This document shows positions 15,701 through 28,653 of a stretch of 64,000 nt of DNA, one piece after another. The stretch's first letter is position 1. Every line of letters starts with the position of its first letter. The position numbers and the translations under genes were made by a program. The notes beneath the pieces are model-generated. The model saw nothing but the letters and a program-made list of their open reading frames with translations. It did no database searches and was not told where the DNA came from. The DNA comes from Harriotta raleighana (lineage: Eukaryota): NCBI GenBank assembly GCA_050575255.1, contig JBNZDD010013602.1, positions 96,333 through 160,332 of the forward strand, in the 5' to 3' direction.

Positions 15701-18700
15701 TTTTTTACTGCTACAGTTCGAATGGTCCCGAGTCTATCCCAGCTTCTAGAGCAGACTTCCTGAGCATTCCTTCCAGTCTCCTTTCTCCCTTTCTACCCCT
15801 CTGACTGCACTCCCCTCTTTACAGAGCTTCCCCCCTCTCAGACACCCCCACCTACCCAAGACAAAGCAAGCTTGTGAAGGACACCTGACTCAACAAACTA
15901 CAACAAAATTACATTTATAGAACGCCTTTCACATCTGGAGGACGTCCCAAGGTGCTGGGATGTAACAAAGACAAGAAAATCCCAAAGCCTGAGATCTGGA
16001 AAAATAAAATAAATCAACACCAAAGCATAGAAGTCCTGTATAATGTTATTAGACAAATACAGCAATTGTTCTGCACCAACAACAAATTATCTTTAACTGA
16101 AAACAATTTGAGGGCACTACAGAAACATATACACAATATTTTTGTTGGTTTAGGTAAATGTGTTTATTTTGAAATGTATTAGCCATTTATTTTATGCTAT
16201 TCGAACATACAGAAGGAGGGAACGCCTTTTCATAGTCACCTTCTTGACCTGGTGATTACCCAGGGCTCACCCTCTCAACCATCACCGATAAAGCTATCAT
16301 TAAATACATATAAAGCATAAAACACAATTTCCCTTAAGTCCTCCTTCCTTCTCCTTGGCACTCAGCCCAAAATGTACTTTATAATTGATGTCGCTTTCAT
16401 ATTTCAGGTAAATATACACAAGAGGAATACAGGGCATTTCTGTCTGATAGTGCTACAGAAACAGATGACTTCCAATCTTTTGTTGATTTAGGTAAATATC
16501 TTGTACATTTATTTAGTTTCAGCCACTCAATTTAAGGCAGTAGCTCTTACAATCTGTAAATCAATCCCCAAAAAATCAAAATGACATTTATATAGCGCCT
16601 TTCATGTTGGGAGGACGTCCGTAAAAGCTAGAAAGAGCAAGAATGAGCTCTTAATGAGTAATTGATTTATTCGGCACTGTGATATTCATAGTTATTGTTC
16701 CTTTTGTATTTCAGATCAACCATTTCTTCCAAAGCAGGGATTTGTGGCCTCAGATATTGCTGTACAAACAGAAAATTTAATATCTTCACCCTCTTATTCA
16801 GGTAACACTAAAAAGTTTAAGTCACTTTATTCATTGCAAAGTCACCTGGCCTATTAGTCAGGGTGACTTTGTATTAATAACGCCTCCCAAGTGATATTTT
16901 GTGCCAACATCATCCACACATTCAAGAATATTCTAGACAGATTTTGTAAGGAAGAGAGCATCAGTAGCTACAGACTCACAAGTTATGCAATATACCCTGC
17001 ATTGTATAACAGGATAAAGGATTTATCATCTTATGTTGCTGGTGTCTCTATACAACTACAAACAGTAGTGTGTTTGTAGATATCATTTAGACTTGGACTG
17101 GTTTGGAACTGATAATATTTTACTGTTGGAAGAATACCATTGCAACCTTATCTGTATTTCTAGGTTTTTTTCTCCCTCTTATCACTTGAAATGTCTTGAT
17201 ATATTTCAGCTATGAAAAGTGGTAAGCAGTGCACTTCACTGGGACCCGAAATCTGTGTACAAATGCAGTTTGCTGAATCTCCTGGTAATAAATTGTGTAA
17301 AATTTTGCTTTAGTATTGCATGAAATATATTTTGTATAAACTCTTAATATCAATCAATATATAATCAATATTACATTTATACATCACCATTCACGTCGGC
17401 AGGATGTCCGAAGGTGCTGTTGCTTTTGAAGAGCAGGCTTCACTGTTTTCTCCCCTTATATTGCAGTTAGGTACATTTAGTGGTTGTATCTTATCTAAAT
17501 ACTTTATTTTCATTTCTTTCAATGGCTCTGAATGTGCTAAATGTTTCTTTGTACATCGCACAACCAATATTGTCGTCATTGGAGACTTCCATTGTTGTTT
17601 CAGGTTCTTCAGCTACCCAAGACAAAGCAAGCTTTCTTCAAGCTTGTTGTTGACCTTTTTATTTAAGATATTTTCATCTGCTATTGCCACAGTACACTGC
17701 TCCTGTGAATCCAAATTAACAACAAGATTGATGAACTCTTCTTTTTGCAAGTCTAGAGATTCATAAACTACTGGCATCTTCCTCAGCTGAGGTCACTTAT
17801 TTACCCAGTCAGTACAGTATGTTGAAGCAGAATGAAGTGCATCTTTCTTAAGGGAATAGTCCGATTGCTTAATGTATTGTATCTATTTCCAACAGGGCTG
17901 TGCAGAGGCAGTACAGATGTGTACTGTTACTTTGAAAAGGAACACTGTCCCTGTAGAATACCCAAGATGAGAAAGGTGACACAATTGTTTAAACTTTCAG
18001 CTTTATGTAATATTAATAATCCTCACATTTATATAGCACTTTTCATTACTTTTAGATGTCTCAAAAGTGTTTTACACAATATACTTTAAAGTGAAGTGCC
18101 TGGAAAATTGTGGGCAAAACGCGGCAGCCATTTGCGCACATCAGTGTCCCACAAACAGTTGTGGATTGAAGTGACCAATCTTATTACTGTTTTTTCATGA
18201 GGAATTATTATCAGGGGTGTGGAGTAAGGATTGTTAACACTGGAATTCTTTCATACTTCCATTTTTGTTTTAGGATAAACTAAAGTGGATCATTATTAAT
18301 CCGACTACTCCAGAAGGTGCAAATGGGAAATTCTGGTAAACTAGACAGTAGAATTTTTGCAATTTTAGCTCCATTCATTTTAGTTTGTAACCAACACTCT
18401 TGAGATGTTATCCTATGGGAAATACACTATGTAAATGCAAGTTGTCATAAATAGGACAAAATAGGTCAGGAACTGCAAATATTATAAGAGGAATTGTGCA
18501 TGAATTTTAATTCCTATTTACTTAAAATCAGTGCCCAAATTAATATTTTCAATATTCTTTGAAAGCCTTACCTTACCAAAGAAAGGCCATTATGAATGTG
18601 CTGAAACAGGACTGAGATGGGAATCGAAATCGAATGCTAGAATCTTTTACAAGTATAGCTCCTGGGATGACTATATTTCTGATGTGCAAAGAGAATGCTG

Positions 18701-21700
18701 GATAATCGGAGGACCATTGTTCAACATTGATGTTAGTTATGGTGATATTGCTGCTGTTCATCTTCCTCATTTCATCTGTGAATCAGGTATCTTGTCAAGT
18801 GGTATATGCTTAATATTTTTCTGATCGTTTATTACACATTATGGTGCATGGTTTCTCATGCTGTGTATTACTACCAGTTACTTTGACGTTAATAAATGCT
18901 GTATTTGATATTGCGCTTCTAACATAAAAGTGTAACCACTGACGCAATCGGCACTATCTTCAATAGTACAGTGCTCCCTCTATATGCCACAGTAGTGTCA
19001 ATGAGCTTTCAATGGTTGGGGGGTGGGGGCTTGAACCAAGAGCCTCATCACACAGAGACACGAGGTCTACCAACTAAACCTGAAGGTCATTACAATCAGT
19101 TGAGAGGAAGTACAACTTCCTAAAGGCTTTGGTCTTTTCTGATGTTTTCAAAATTCTCCCTAATAATATGCTGTGTGCACATTGGCTGTCACATTTGCCA
19201 ACAATCACTGCACTGAACAGCAAATCTCAGTGAAGTAACTTGAAATATTTTAGCATTACAGGCATATTAAATGCAATGATCATCCATTTACTATTTTTGC
19301 TTGCATCAGCCCACAAAATTACAACCTTCAAATTCAGATATTAAGTATCTGAATAGCTGCATGCTCTCATAACTTTCAATTGTACAAATGATAATCAAGT
19401 TTGATGCTTATCTTGATTATGAGGTGTAAATATTGCAAGTGGTAATAGCTCTATTAGTGAAGTCAATTATTAAGCTTTGCACTAAATTTCTCTGGTTGTA
19501 TTGCCAGAGTCTAATGTATGGCCTTGATACTTTAGTCTACAAGAGCCTTAATTGCTGTCCACATACCCGATATTTTCTGGTGCAGACTCAAGATCCAAAA
19601 TGAAGTCACTTATTTTAATGTGAATGTGTACCTTATTGATGCAATAGATAAAACTTGTGAATATTTTTAGGTTCAGGGGAAGCAATACATTCTGCGAGGT
19701 ATTGTATTGTGTGCCTCAGAGATGACACTTTAGTATTGGAAAATCCATCAGAAATCCATTTATCTTATGTCGTGCAAAGAAAACAACCGCTGACCTTGAT
19801 GGGTGTCATCCTCGGTCAGGTCCACCAGGTGGCTATTCATGCTATCATAATGGTATATCAAACATTTCGAGTTGATTGTTCAATTCTTCATGTATATGTG
19901 TTACCAAATGATGGCTCATTAATACAGGTAACTGAAAATATTACATTTTATGTTATTTTTAGCTGTGAAAAGACTTCAAAGTTAATACATAGACTGTGCT
20001 TTCAACTAAACTTCGGTAACAATAAGATGTAGTGTACTTGAGATCGAATATTTGTGGGTTTTACTACAAAATCTTAATGTTAGTTGTCAAACTAATAGAA
20101 ATAATTAATATGCAGTTATCCATCTAAAAATAAGCAGGAATTTGCACACTTCATATATAACCTCTCCATTGCCAGCCTCCACTGGCTTCTAATAACCCAA
20201 CAGAAAGACCAAGATCTTTAAATTGATCTTAAAGAGTCTTAATATTGCTTACTTTTGCTAATTCCTCCAAACTAATTCTCCCTAATTTCAGTGGTTCTTG
20301 GCAGACCAATAATTAATATGATGGCAAATATAATTATGAATATTGTTTTTCTGTCAATGATAATGAGATGGAGCATCTGAGAACAATTCAGATGCAGATT
20401 ACTTGTTGTGGTCATTTTCTTTGCATTTTGTTTTAAAGTATAATCTTAAGGAAGCAGTTATCTTTTTCTAACTTTTTTCAGGTAGTTGACTTACAGGAAA
20501 AAGAAATAAAGTCCCTGAAAGTTCAAAAGCCTCCACAAGTAACATCAGTTTATTATGGCAAGAAGTATAGGCTGACATCTTTTTCAAATGTAATTATCAC
20601 ACCACTGGTAAGCGTCCCAGGTCAACAATCCCCCAAATAAAATTGGTCACAGACACTTTATTGATAGATCAGAGTTTATTATGATATTAACAATTTATTT
20701 ATTATTGATAAATTCTTAAATGAACAGATTCTTGAAACAATAAAAACCTAATTCTTTAGTGTTGATTCAAATACAATACTGTAAGAAAATCGTTATTTTC
20801 ATTATTTTCTTAAAACAATTGTCATTGTAATCGTTTTTCTGTAGTTAATTGCTCTGTTCCTGCTACACCTACTATACTTCCATCAAGCACATTTTCCTGT
20901 TCATTATACTCTCTCATTCTTGTTATTATTACAGGATATAAAATTGGGTTATTTCAGATATAAACAACAGCAACCATTCTATGAAGTTCATATCCAGGAG
21001 TTGAAATATAGCATTAAGCTGTGTTTGACTGAAAGAAGCAAGCTCAATGTTTTATGGGAAATATTGTTAAGACCAGGTCAGTACTACTGTACATAAATTC
21101 AGATATAAAAGACATGCATAAATCATGTTAAATTGAAAGAAAATAATAGTTTGAAGAAAGAGTCTGTATATTCTGTTCATTCTATTTCTAATGAAATAGA
21201 ATGTTATATTGGCTGCCATTTCCTTACAATACAGATTCAATGCATTTTGCAGGAAAATCTTGTAAAGTACATTATGAGACCTTGATGGATGGGTAAGGCT
21301 GTATCAAATGCAAGGATTATTATAAATTATCTATGACACATGGATCTGGGACCAGTTTAAAACATGTTGCTTTTTGTCCTTTTGAAAACCACAGCAACAA
21401 TAATTTACAGTTTTTTAACCATTGTGCTTTTCTTTCAGATATGTTTAAGAAGTTGAAAAGATGTGTAGAATTTGTTCAAAGACACAAAAAGGAAATAATT
21501 TATTGTCTCAAAACAATTCACCCTATCCTGTTGCATTTACGAGACACAAATGTTATCACTAAATCTGAAGAGTTGGAAATTGTTGCTCATAATGTAGAAA
21601 TTCAACAAAATAAAGCCCTGCTTCAACTAGTAATGAATAAGGGAGAAGATGCAGAAAATGAACTGTATAAAGCATTACTAAAAAATTCAGATTTTGTGCA

Positions 21701-21884
21701 GAACTTGGAAGTTAACTACTCACAGAAATTATGTAATAACTGTATAAGACAATTTGGTTTAACAACAATACAGCCAGGATGCTTCTCTACCACACGGAGA
21801 CCTGAAGGAATGTGGTTTCTTCATGTGGTTTGTATAATTTTTGGTATAATTTCAGGTTTTTTAATTGGCTACAGATTTTCTTAA
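363..21884 (+). CDS. Gene A: multi-exon UBL-FIIND-linker-FIIND-CARD-TM protein (CARD8/NLRP1-like, roughly 1300-1400 aa)
   Basis: UBL exon 363-624 (TFDLNVLRVDGRQFRVGVKPGDTMEDVKIKL...LRLLSAQQPLEDDLTVAECGL). Micro-exons 1197-1229, 1667-1699, 2072-2131, 2956-3026. FIIND1 exons 3150-3208, 3287-3507 (GNYECAVTGLRW...GPLFNI...AIHLPHFICL), 3622-3875 (HVELQMPTF/SLMGV...LHVYIIPND), 3969-4088, 4569-4710. About 23 phase-1 linker exons at 4975-17284. FIIND2 exons 17896-17975, 18274-18335, 18566-18786, 19671-19927, 20482-20607, 20935-21076. CARD+TM exon 21439-21884. Phases join in frame; a single transcript is inferred. Confidence 0.75.
3150..4710 (+). other. FIIND domain 1 (ZU5+UPA) of gene A
   Basis: Five exons with FIIND hallmark motifs; His 27 residues before TF/S (Ser codon 3741-3743), the same spacing as NLRP1 H1186/S1213 and CARD8 H270/S297. 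Confidence 0.9.
7100..7700 (-). mobile_element. CR1-type LINE ORF2 fragment (degenerate)
   Basis: Broken ORFs with ALNKFFDSVFTKEE, KSQRPDKLHLRILKDL and DSQCGFIK...AVDVCLDFSK, typical of CR1 reverse transcriptase. Confidence 0.8.
18274..21076 (+). other. FIIND domain 2 of gene A (catalytically degenerate)
   Basis: GHYECAETGLRW, GGPLFNI, AAVHLPHFIC and LHVYVLPND are retained; the cleavage site reads QPL/TLMGV and the catalytic His position is Cys. Confidence 0.85.
21439..21884 (+). other. Terminal exon of gene A: CARD plus C-terminal hydrophobic tail
   Basis: VEFVQRHKKEII...LLQLVMNKG...LYKALL (CARD of the ASC/NLRP1 type), followed by MWFLHVVCIIFGIISGFLIGYRFS*. Confidence 0.85.
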
Positions 21885-22995
21885 ATGTTGGTTTCTGTAG
21901 CACTAAAATTCAATGTACTAGAATCAAAGTTTTATTTACCAGAGGAAAATAAAAATCACTTTCCAGCAGCAAGCAATCTTAATAGATCCTCAGTTTTCTG
22001 TTCCTGAAATAAGAAATGATTTGCATTTGATATTGCACATTTTAAGCAAATAATACTATAGAGCATTTGTAAAGTTGTACATATTTGCAAAGCAAAAAAT
22101 TACTGCAATTGCCGAGTTCTCAATATTCTGTTTCTAAGACTTAGTCATTAAAGAAAGTCTATACAATGCCTTAACACCTGAAAATCTGCCACAAAAAAAT
22201 ACTTTCAAAGCATTTTCCAATTTGGAATTTCTTCCAAATTCTAAATAATTATTTTGAATAATTTTGGTCTAAATAATTATTTTGTGGATTTCAAGCCAAG
22301 TTAAATTTTTAATAAATAAGTTGACAATCTTTAATCAAGAAAAATGGGGTGATACCAATTATTTTACAAAAGTGACTCAGAAGACAGGAAGAATTTAGGA
22401 AAACAATACGATAGGAGAAATGTGTAACAGACAGGTTTAGCCTTAGCCTTAAAGAGAAAGTCTCAGGGTTTATTTTGCACTGTCCATACACAATTCAAAG
22501 AGTTTAAATTGTTTAAAGAGTGGCCAAATTGAAAAATGAAGTAAAATATTGAAAGTTCTGAAAGAGTCAGTGACATTAGGTTTCACTCTGTGTCAGTGTA
22601 ATGTAGAGAAAGACATGTAATGACATGTATTGGCCTATATTTTCATTCGTTTTACTTAATTCTTCACACTTTGTTGTGTATATTTTATCTTGAGTAAAAT
22701 TACTGTATTCTATCCTTTGTACTGAGAAAGTGAAATGAAGGCCTATTTGTTCCGGCTACTCTCGGCTGGTTTGTATCTATGGGAACTTAGCACATACTAC
22801 ATGGGCTCAAGGGCAGCGAGGTTGGTTGTAGTTTACAATGTAGATTTACAATTAGAGAGCATCGTTCACAATGTCCCAAAGCTCCTGATATCTGGCTTTG
22901 CAATGAACAGGTTATTAAATCTCAAACCAGAAGAATTTATAAAATTGTAACACCTTTGTCTACAGGAACTCACCTTGTCTGTTGCTTGTCAATTT

Positions 22996-25900
22996 TTACT
23001 GCAAATCTTTTACAAGGTAGGGATCATGTTCCTCCATTGCAATGTAAAGCTGCTCTTGGGCATATGTCCCTTTTTTCATTACCATTTGCATTAGTGTTTC
23101 ATTCCTGCTCATACGTTTTTGATTTCTACGAATTTCCTGTTCTTCATCCTCATTGATCACCTTTTCTTCAAACAAGTGTCTAAGGTAAGGGTCAATTACT
23201 CCAAGTCTCTCAATGATACGTTTTCTGTGCCGCTTAATGAACTCCACAGCTGTAGAAACAATTCTGTATTAAGAGACAGGAGTCCATAGGATATCGTGAC
23301 AATTTTCAAAAATGTCTTTATGCACCAATTTGCTTAAAATTAAAAAGATAAAACAACCGAACTTTAAAAAAAATCTTCTGACAGAGTTTTCTCTGAAGTT
23401 TGCACAGTAGATGAGGTACAAGATTGCTTTTTGACTAAGCATAGTTCTAGCAGTACTGTTACATCTAACTCTGGTTTTCACCAGTGACTAAAGTAAAGCA
23501 GTGGTGGCCAACCCACAAGAGGCCACGAGGGTGTCAAGATGTGGCTCGCTCAACAGTCATACACTCATCCACATTCAAATGGACAAACGTCCACAAATAT
23601 CCATAAAGTGAATGAAGTTGGAATTTATCTGGAAAATCATTGACCAGGACACCAGTCTATTTTCAAATGTGTCATGGGATTGTTCATTTCTGTCTAATCA
23701 GCAGGCCTCTCATTGATAGGACAGAAAAGTGACCCATTTCTGAGTAAATCAGATAATGCGGTGTTTCCCCAGGACTGTACTAGAGTTGCCCAGATTGTAG
23801 GGAGATGATATCAGTATAATTTTCTATGTTAATTTTGATGAATACCATTTCAGCTATTGAAACATTCTGTTAGATCCCAAACCTGCATAGTTATATTGTA
23901 TACATGGTAATACTGGTTGTTTTTTTGGCAAAGTCATGTCTATAGTGGCCATTGTTAAAAATGCAATAGATACAAATGAATGAGATTTCTGTCAAAACAC
24001 TCATCTCAACACCAGAGATTTTGAATCTAGAATAAAATGATTTTACCAATTACCCTCCAGAAAATCTCCAAGACTTACCAAGGCTTGCGTCCAAAGATAC
24101 TTTGGGAGAAACTTGAAGCTCCTCTAAGGAAAACAAAGATAGGTTGCAGTTCATGGCAATTAGAAACGTTTCTCTGAGATTTATTGTAATTTGATTAAAA
24201 TCACAAACTTGGTTCAGATTAAGGTCCTTCAACCCATTTGACTTCAACTTTCTAGAATATCCACCCAGCATCTCCCCATCACAACATCAAAGTATATTTT
24301 AATAATAACATAATCATGGATTTAATAGAGACCCTTGGATGCTGGGAGTACGTCTCAAAGCGCTTCACAGGATTTACTGTAACATGTAGTGACTATTTTG
24401 TAGGCGAATACGGCAGCAAATTTGTAAACAGTGATGTAGTGAATGACTAATTTTTGTCTGGGGGAACTATTGGCCTGGTCTTCAGGAGAAACTCATTCTC
24501 TTGTTAAATAGCGCTACAGGATTTTTAACATCCATCTGAACAGGCAAACGGGTCCTAGGTTTAACATCTCACTCTGAAAACTAACGCCTCAACAACGCAG
24601 CACACCTCCAGCACTAGTGGAGTGTCAGCCCAGACAATATGATTTCAAAGTTCTGACATGGGGCTTGAACTCAACACCACTTTATTTCCTATGCCCACGC
24701 TGGCAGGAAATTTAAAAAAAACTTGAGATAAAAATAAGAATCTCAAAGTAATATTATAAATTCAATTATATTCTAAAACATGTTATTGGAACGTGAAGAA
24801 ATTGTAACATTTCTTTATATTTAAAAAAAAACAATTTCTGCAATGCTATAGTAATTCAGTACATGCCTGGAGGAATAGAGGACCTTCAGATACATTAATA
24901 AGTAACTCCACAAACTAATATTACTTTGCCACCAGCAAAATGAACTATATTTTGTAGTCCTATGCCATTACACATCATTATGTTGAACTGCTACACTATG
25001 GATGGATCATTTTAACACTTACTTGGCCTCAGCAAGGTCATCCATAAAGGTTTGCTCTTTTTTATCTTCGGGGACAGCTTTAACTCAATGTTGCTTTTCT
25101 CATCTTCACTATATACTTCACAGAACTGTTGGTATTGATCACTTCTCAAATAACAAAAGTCTATATCCTGCAATAAAAGTAAAAAAAAGTAATTGTGCAT
25201 CACTACCAGGTGCTTTTCTTGAGTACAAATGGCTTTCCACCCAGCCAGCCAATTTCTGCAAGACCATTTATCTGGTACCCTTCATACAGAGTAGCATCTT
25301 GGAGCGCTGAAGCAGTTGGCAAAGAGAAAGCTTAAGATGGTGGCTATTCCAGAATTTCTGCTCAGTCAACCATGTGTCTACAGGACCCTGAAAGGGTGGA
25401 ATCATGTCAGGCAGCTGATGGCAATCAGGGGCATAGCCAGGTCTGGAAGTGGGGCATTGGCTGACACTGTACAATAGCTCTGGCCAAGTTGCGCTTTCTC
25501 TGAAACTTGCATCTAAGATATGGATAGTACAAAAAGAGTTCTCCAGAACTCCGTTACCAAATATCCTGATTCCACTAAAATTGATGATCTCACAAGATCA
25601 GTTTGGATGAAGAATTATCCTTCTAATTTTGATTTCTTTCTTCCAGAATATAGTCAACCAGAATATAGTCTACCTGTCACACATCATGCAGTTTGCCTTT
25701 TCCAATCAAGTGTGTCCTCACATGAACAGAAGTTTCTGATATAAGCCATTCACACACATTCTAGAACCACTTACTGGTGGAATAATCTTGATGTTGGCAG
25801 GGCTGGTCAAGGAATACGTTTTGCCATAACTGAGTGGTTTCATCTGTGCAGGTTTCACAATTTTCTTAGCATCTGATTCCTGTTCCTTAACAGCCTGCAA

Positions 25901-28653
25901 AGAGATTTGGGCATTAGTATCCTCAAGATTCATTTTAACCTGGAATCATTTGATAGGTTTAAATAATAGGTAGAAATTACCTTTATTATTGACGATTCAT
26001 TTGGTACAAAGTAGACGTGAAGGGTTAATTCTCCAACAGTCTGCCTCCGATAAATCATTCCCAGAGTGTGAATGGGGAAAAGCCATGAGGATATCTTCGA
26101 AATAACAACACTGAGCAGAGAAAACTTTGGTGACTTCAGTTCCACATGGTTGGGATAGACTGCTGATGGGTTCATGAGTGAATAGTTCCCATCTTTCATA
26201 TGAATAATTTTCAATTCATCCTTAGGTAGGCATCCTACACATACAAAATGTGGTTTGTCATGTTTCAGTGAACTACATTCTCAGAAATGATAATCCTTGC
26301 ATTTTATACATTACATCACATCATTGGCTGTCACAGACTCAAAATTCTTCACAAGGTTTAAGTGTAATGACTGTATATTAGTAGGCAAACTTGGCATAGC
26401 AATTTCCTACATACAAATGGCTATACTAGTGAATGACCAATTTTATCTGGGACATTGCTGGTCAGGATATTGTCTTTTTGAATAACATCATGGGATCTGT
26501 AATGTCCACATGAACAGGTACAAAGATTAGTATTATTATATCTGGTAAGGAATATGAAAACAAGCTTGCATATATAATGTGAATGAATTGCCAGTACCAG
26601 TCAGGACAACCAAGTTCTACAGTGGCATACACAATAATTACTGCTCCTATTGCAGCTGCAATTAGTCTCTGTCTCACTTCAGTTGTTGTGCCACATTTGA
26701 GCTCCTGCCAAAAGCTGTTGTAGCTGTCAAGTGGAACATGAGGTGGGATTTGAGTTTATTAAATGATTGATTGGATTCATCCTTCAGAGGCTAATTATCA
26801 TCTTGAACCCAAAAAATCAAAACACTTCTAATTGTGATTGAAAAGTTTCAATAATTAGAGGAAATAATGAAAATAACATACCTTTCAAGCATAAAAAATG
26901 GGGCAGGTGAATAGCTGTGACCTTTCCAGTTTTTACCTGGATATCAAACAGTGGTCCACAGATTTGCAGATCGCTATCCGTTTTAGAAAGATATTCATCC
27001 CATGATCCATATTTACAGTCAATGATAGCTTTTGACTTGGTTTCCAATCTCAGTCCAAGTATGGAACATTCATAATCTCCTCCAGCTGGAAGAGAAATCC
27101 TAAACAGAAATTATTTAAAATGGTGTCCATTTTAATGTATTGCATTAATATTTATCTTCTGATTTCTGCAGACAGTATTCTGGACCCGAGCTGGGGGTAG
27201 AGTTTGGGGAGGGTGGAAGGCAGGAGGGAAACAGATTGATCGAAAGCACGGTCAAAGAGGAGAGCCTAGAGGTGGGTCTTGAAGGAGATGAGGGATGGGG
27301 CAAGGCGGAGGGACAAAAGGAAGGAGTTCCAGAGGGTGCAGGCAGAGTGGCTGAAGGCCTGCCCACCAATGGTGCAGTAGGTGAGGGTAGGGGGTGAAGC
27401 AGACAGAAGAGATCATAGCTTAATCATTCAGCATTATATTTTTGTTATATTTTACCTGAAGCTCATCTCAGCTTCTGAAAGAACATCTGGATCCACCACA
27501 ATCCATTTTGATGAGTTCTTGAAGGAAACATGGAGAGACATGTAACAACTCCACTGTTAACTGGAAACGGTGAAACACTGCTGCTTATGCAATTACCTCT
27601 TTCCCACAAAGTTCACAAGAAATTCTTCTGTATTCCTCAAATTCCTCGAATGCCCCTCTACCCTGTCCGGCTTAAGAAAGTAGAACAATATGAGTGAAAA
27701 CAAAATTAACTTTAATGTAACAACAACATTTCCAGTGCATTGGGACGTCGAGAGGACATCCCATGGTACTGGAAATGTTATGTTCTCACAGTAGTAATAG
27801 TATGGGGGGTGGGGTGGGGGTTCTGATCAGCTTGTACAGTTGTATTATGTACAGTAAATTATGTATTTGTACAGGCAGAATGTGCGAGGTAATGTCAACG
27901 GTGTACACAACATCCTCCCATAGTCAACCCAACTCCTCTAAAACTTGATGGATGAAATGGATGTTTATTTTATGATTATATTGGGACTATATAACAACAT
28001 TGAAACATTTCTGAGCTGGGCGGGTCAATACTCCAGCATTCCTCTGATGAAAGTCCAGTCTGGCTTAGCAGAACTTAGGGAGGGGCAAACAGAGAGCGGG
28101 AATGCTTCCCACTTGATACTAGCTAGACAAACGATAGAAAGCTTGTCTCAATCGCGGACATGTTCTCTTGACTAAAGCTACTTGACAATACTGGATATCA
28201 ACCTAGACAGACAATCGGTGCTTCCCTTGGCCGCTGATTGGACACATTCTGAGAGATGTGCATGCAGTTTCTTCACAGAACACTCCCTCTTTCCCCAGTT
28301 ATTACAGAATACCTTTACAATATTGTATATCCTTTGGAGCGCTTTGAGATATCTCTAGGAAATCAAAAGCTCCCTGTATGAAACGTGAGTGTTATTATCG
28401 CAGTTTTTTCTTTTAAAAAGGGCAACATTCCTCTTAAGGTACAAAATTCATCTAAATTCTGTAGTTTCAGCAGCAGTTTGAATCAAATGGCCTGAGCCAC
28501 ATTTTGCAATGATGTTTTACCATGTTTACCCAGGCAAGATTGTAGTTATGGAGCACAAGATGAAGAATAGTGAATACAACATAGAATACCTGAAGTGGAA
28601 TGGCGAATGGCCGGCTTGTTATGCTTGGTAGGTGTTTTGCGCTTGGCTCCCAT
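22996..28653 (-). CDS. Gene B: CARD8-like FIIND-CARD protein with short basic N-terminus (~411 aa)
   Basis: Minus-strand exons 28590-28653 (MGAKRKTPTKHNKPAIRHSTS), 27597-27670, 27456-27517, 26882-27099, 25981-26234 (HVELKSPKF/SLLSV), 25775-25894, 25023-25167, 24079-24123 and 22996-23249 (CARD). Total 1236 nt, all GT-AG and in frame. The first coding exon is the least certain. Confidence 0.82.

Noticed and set aside
28590-28653. N-myristoylation signal at MGAKRKT
   Set aside because: It has Gly2 but Lys rather than Ser/Thr at position 6; poor consensus match.
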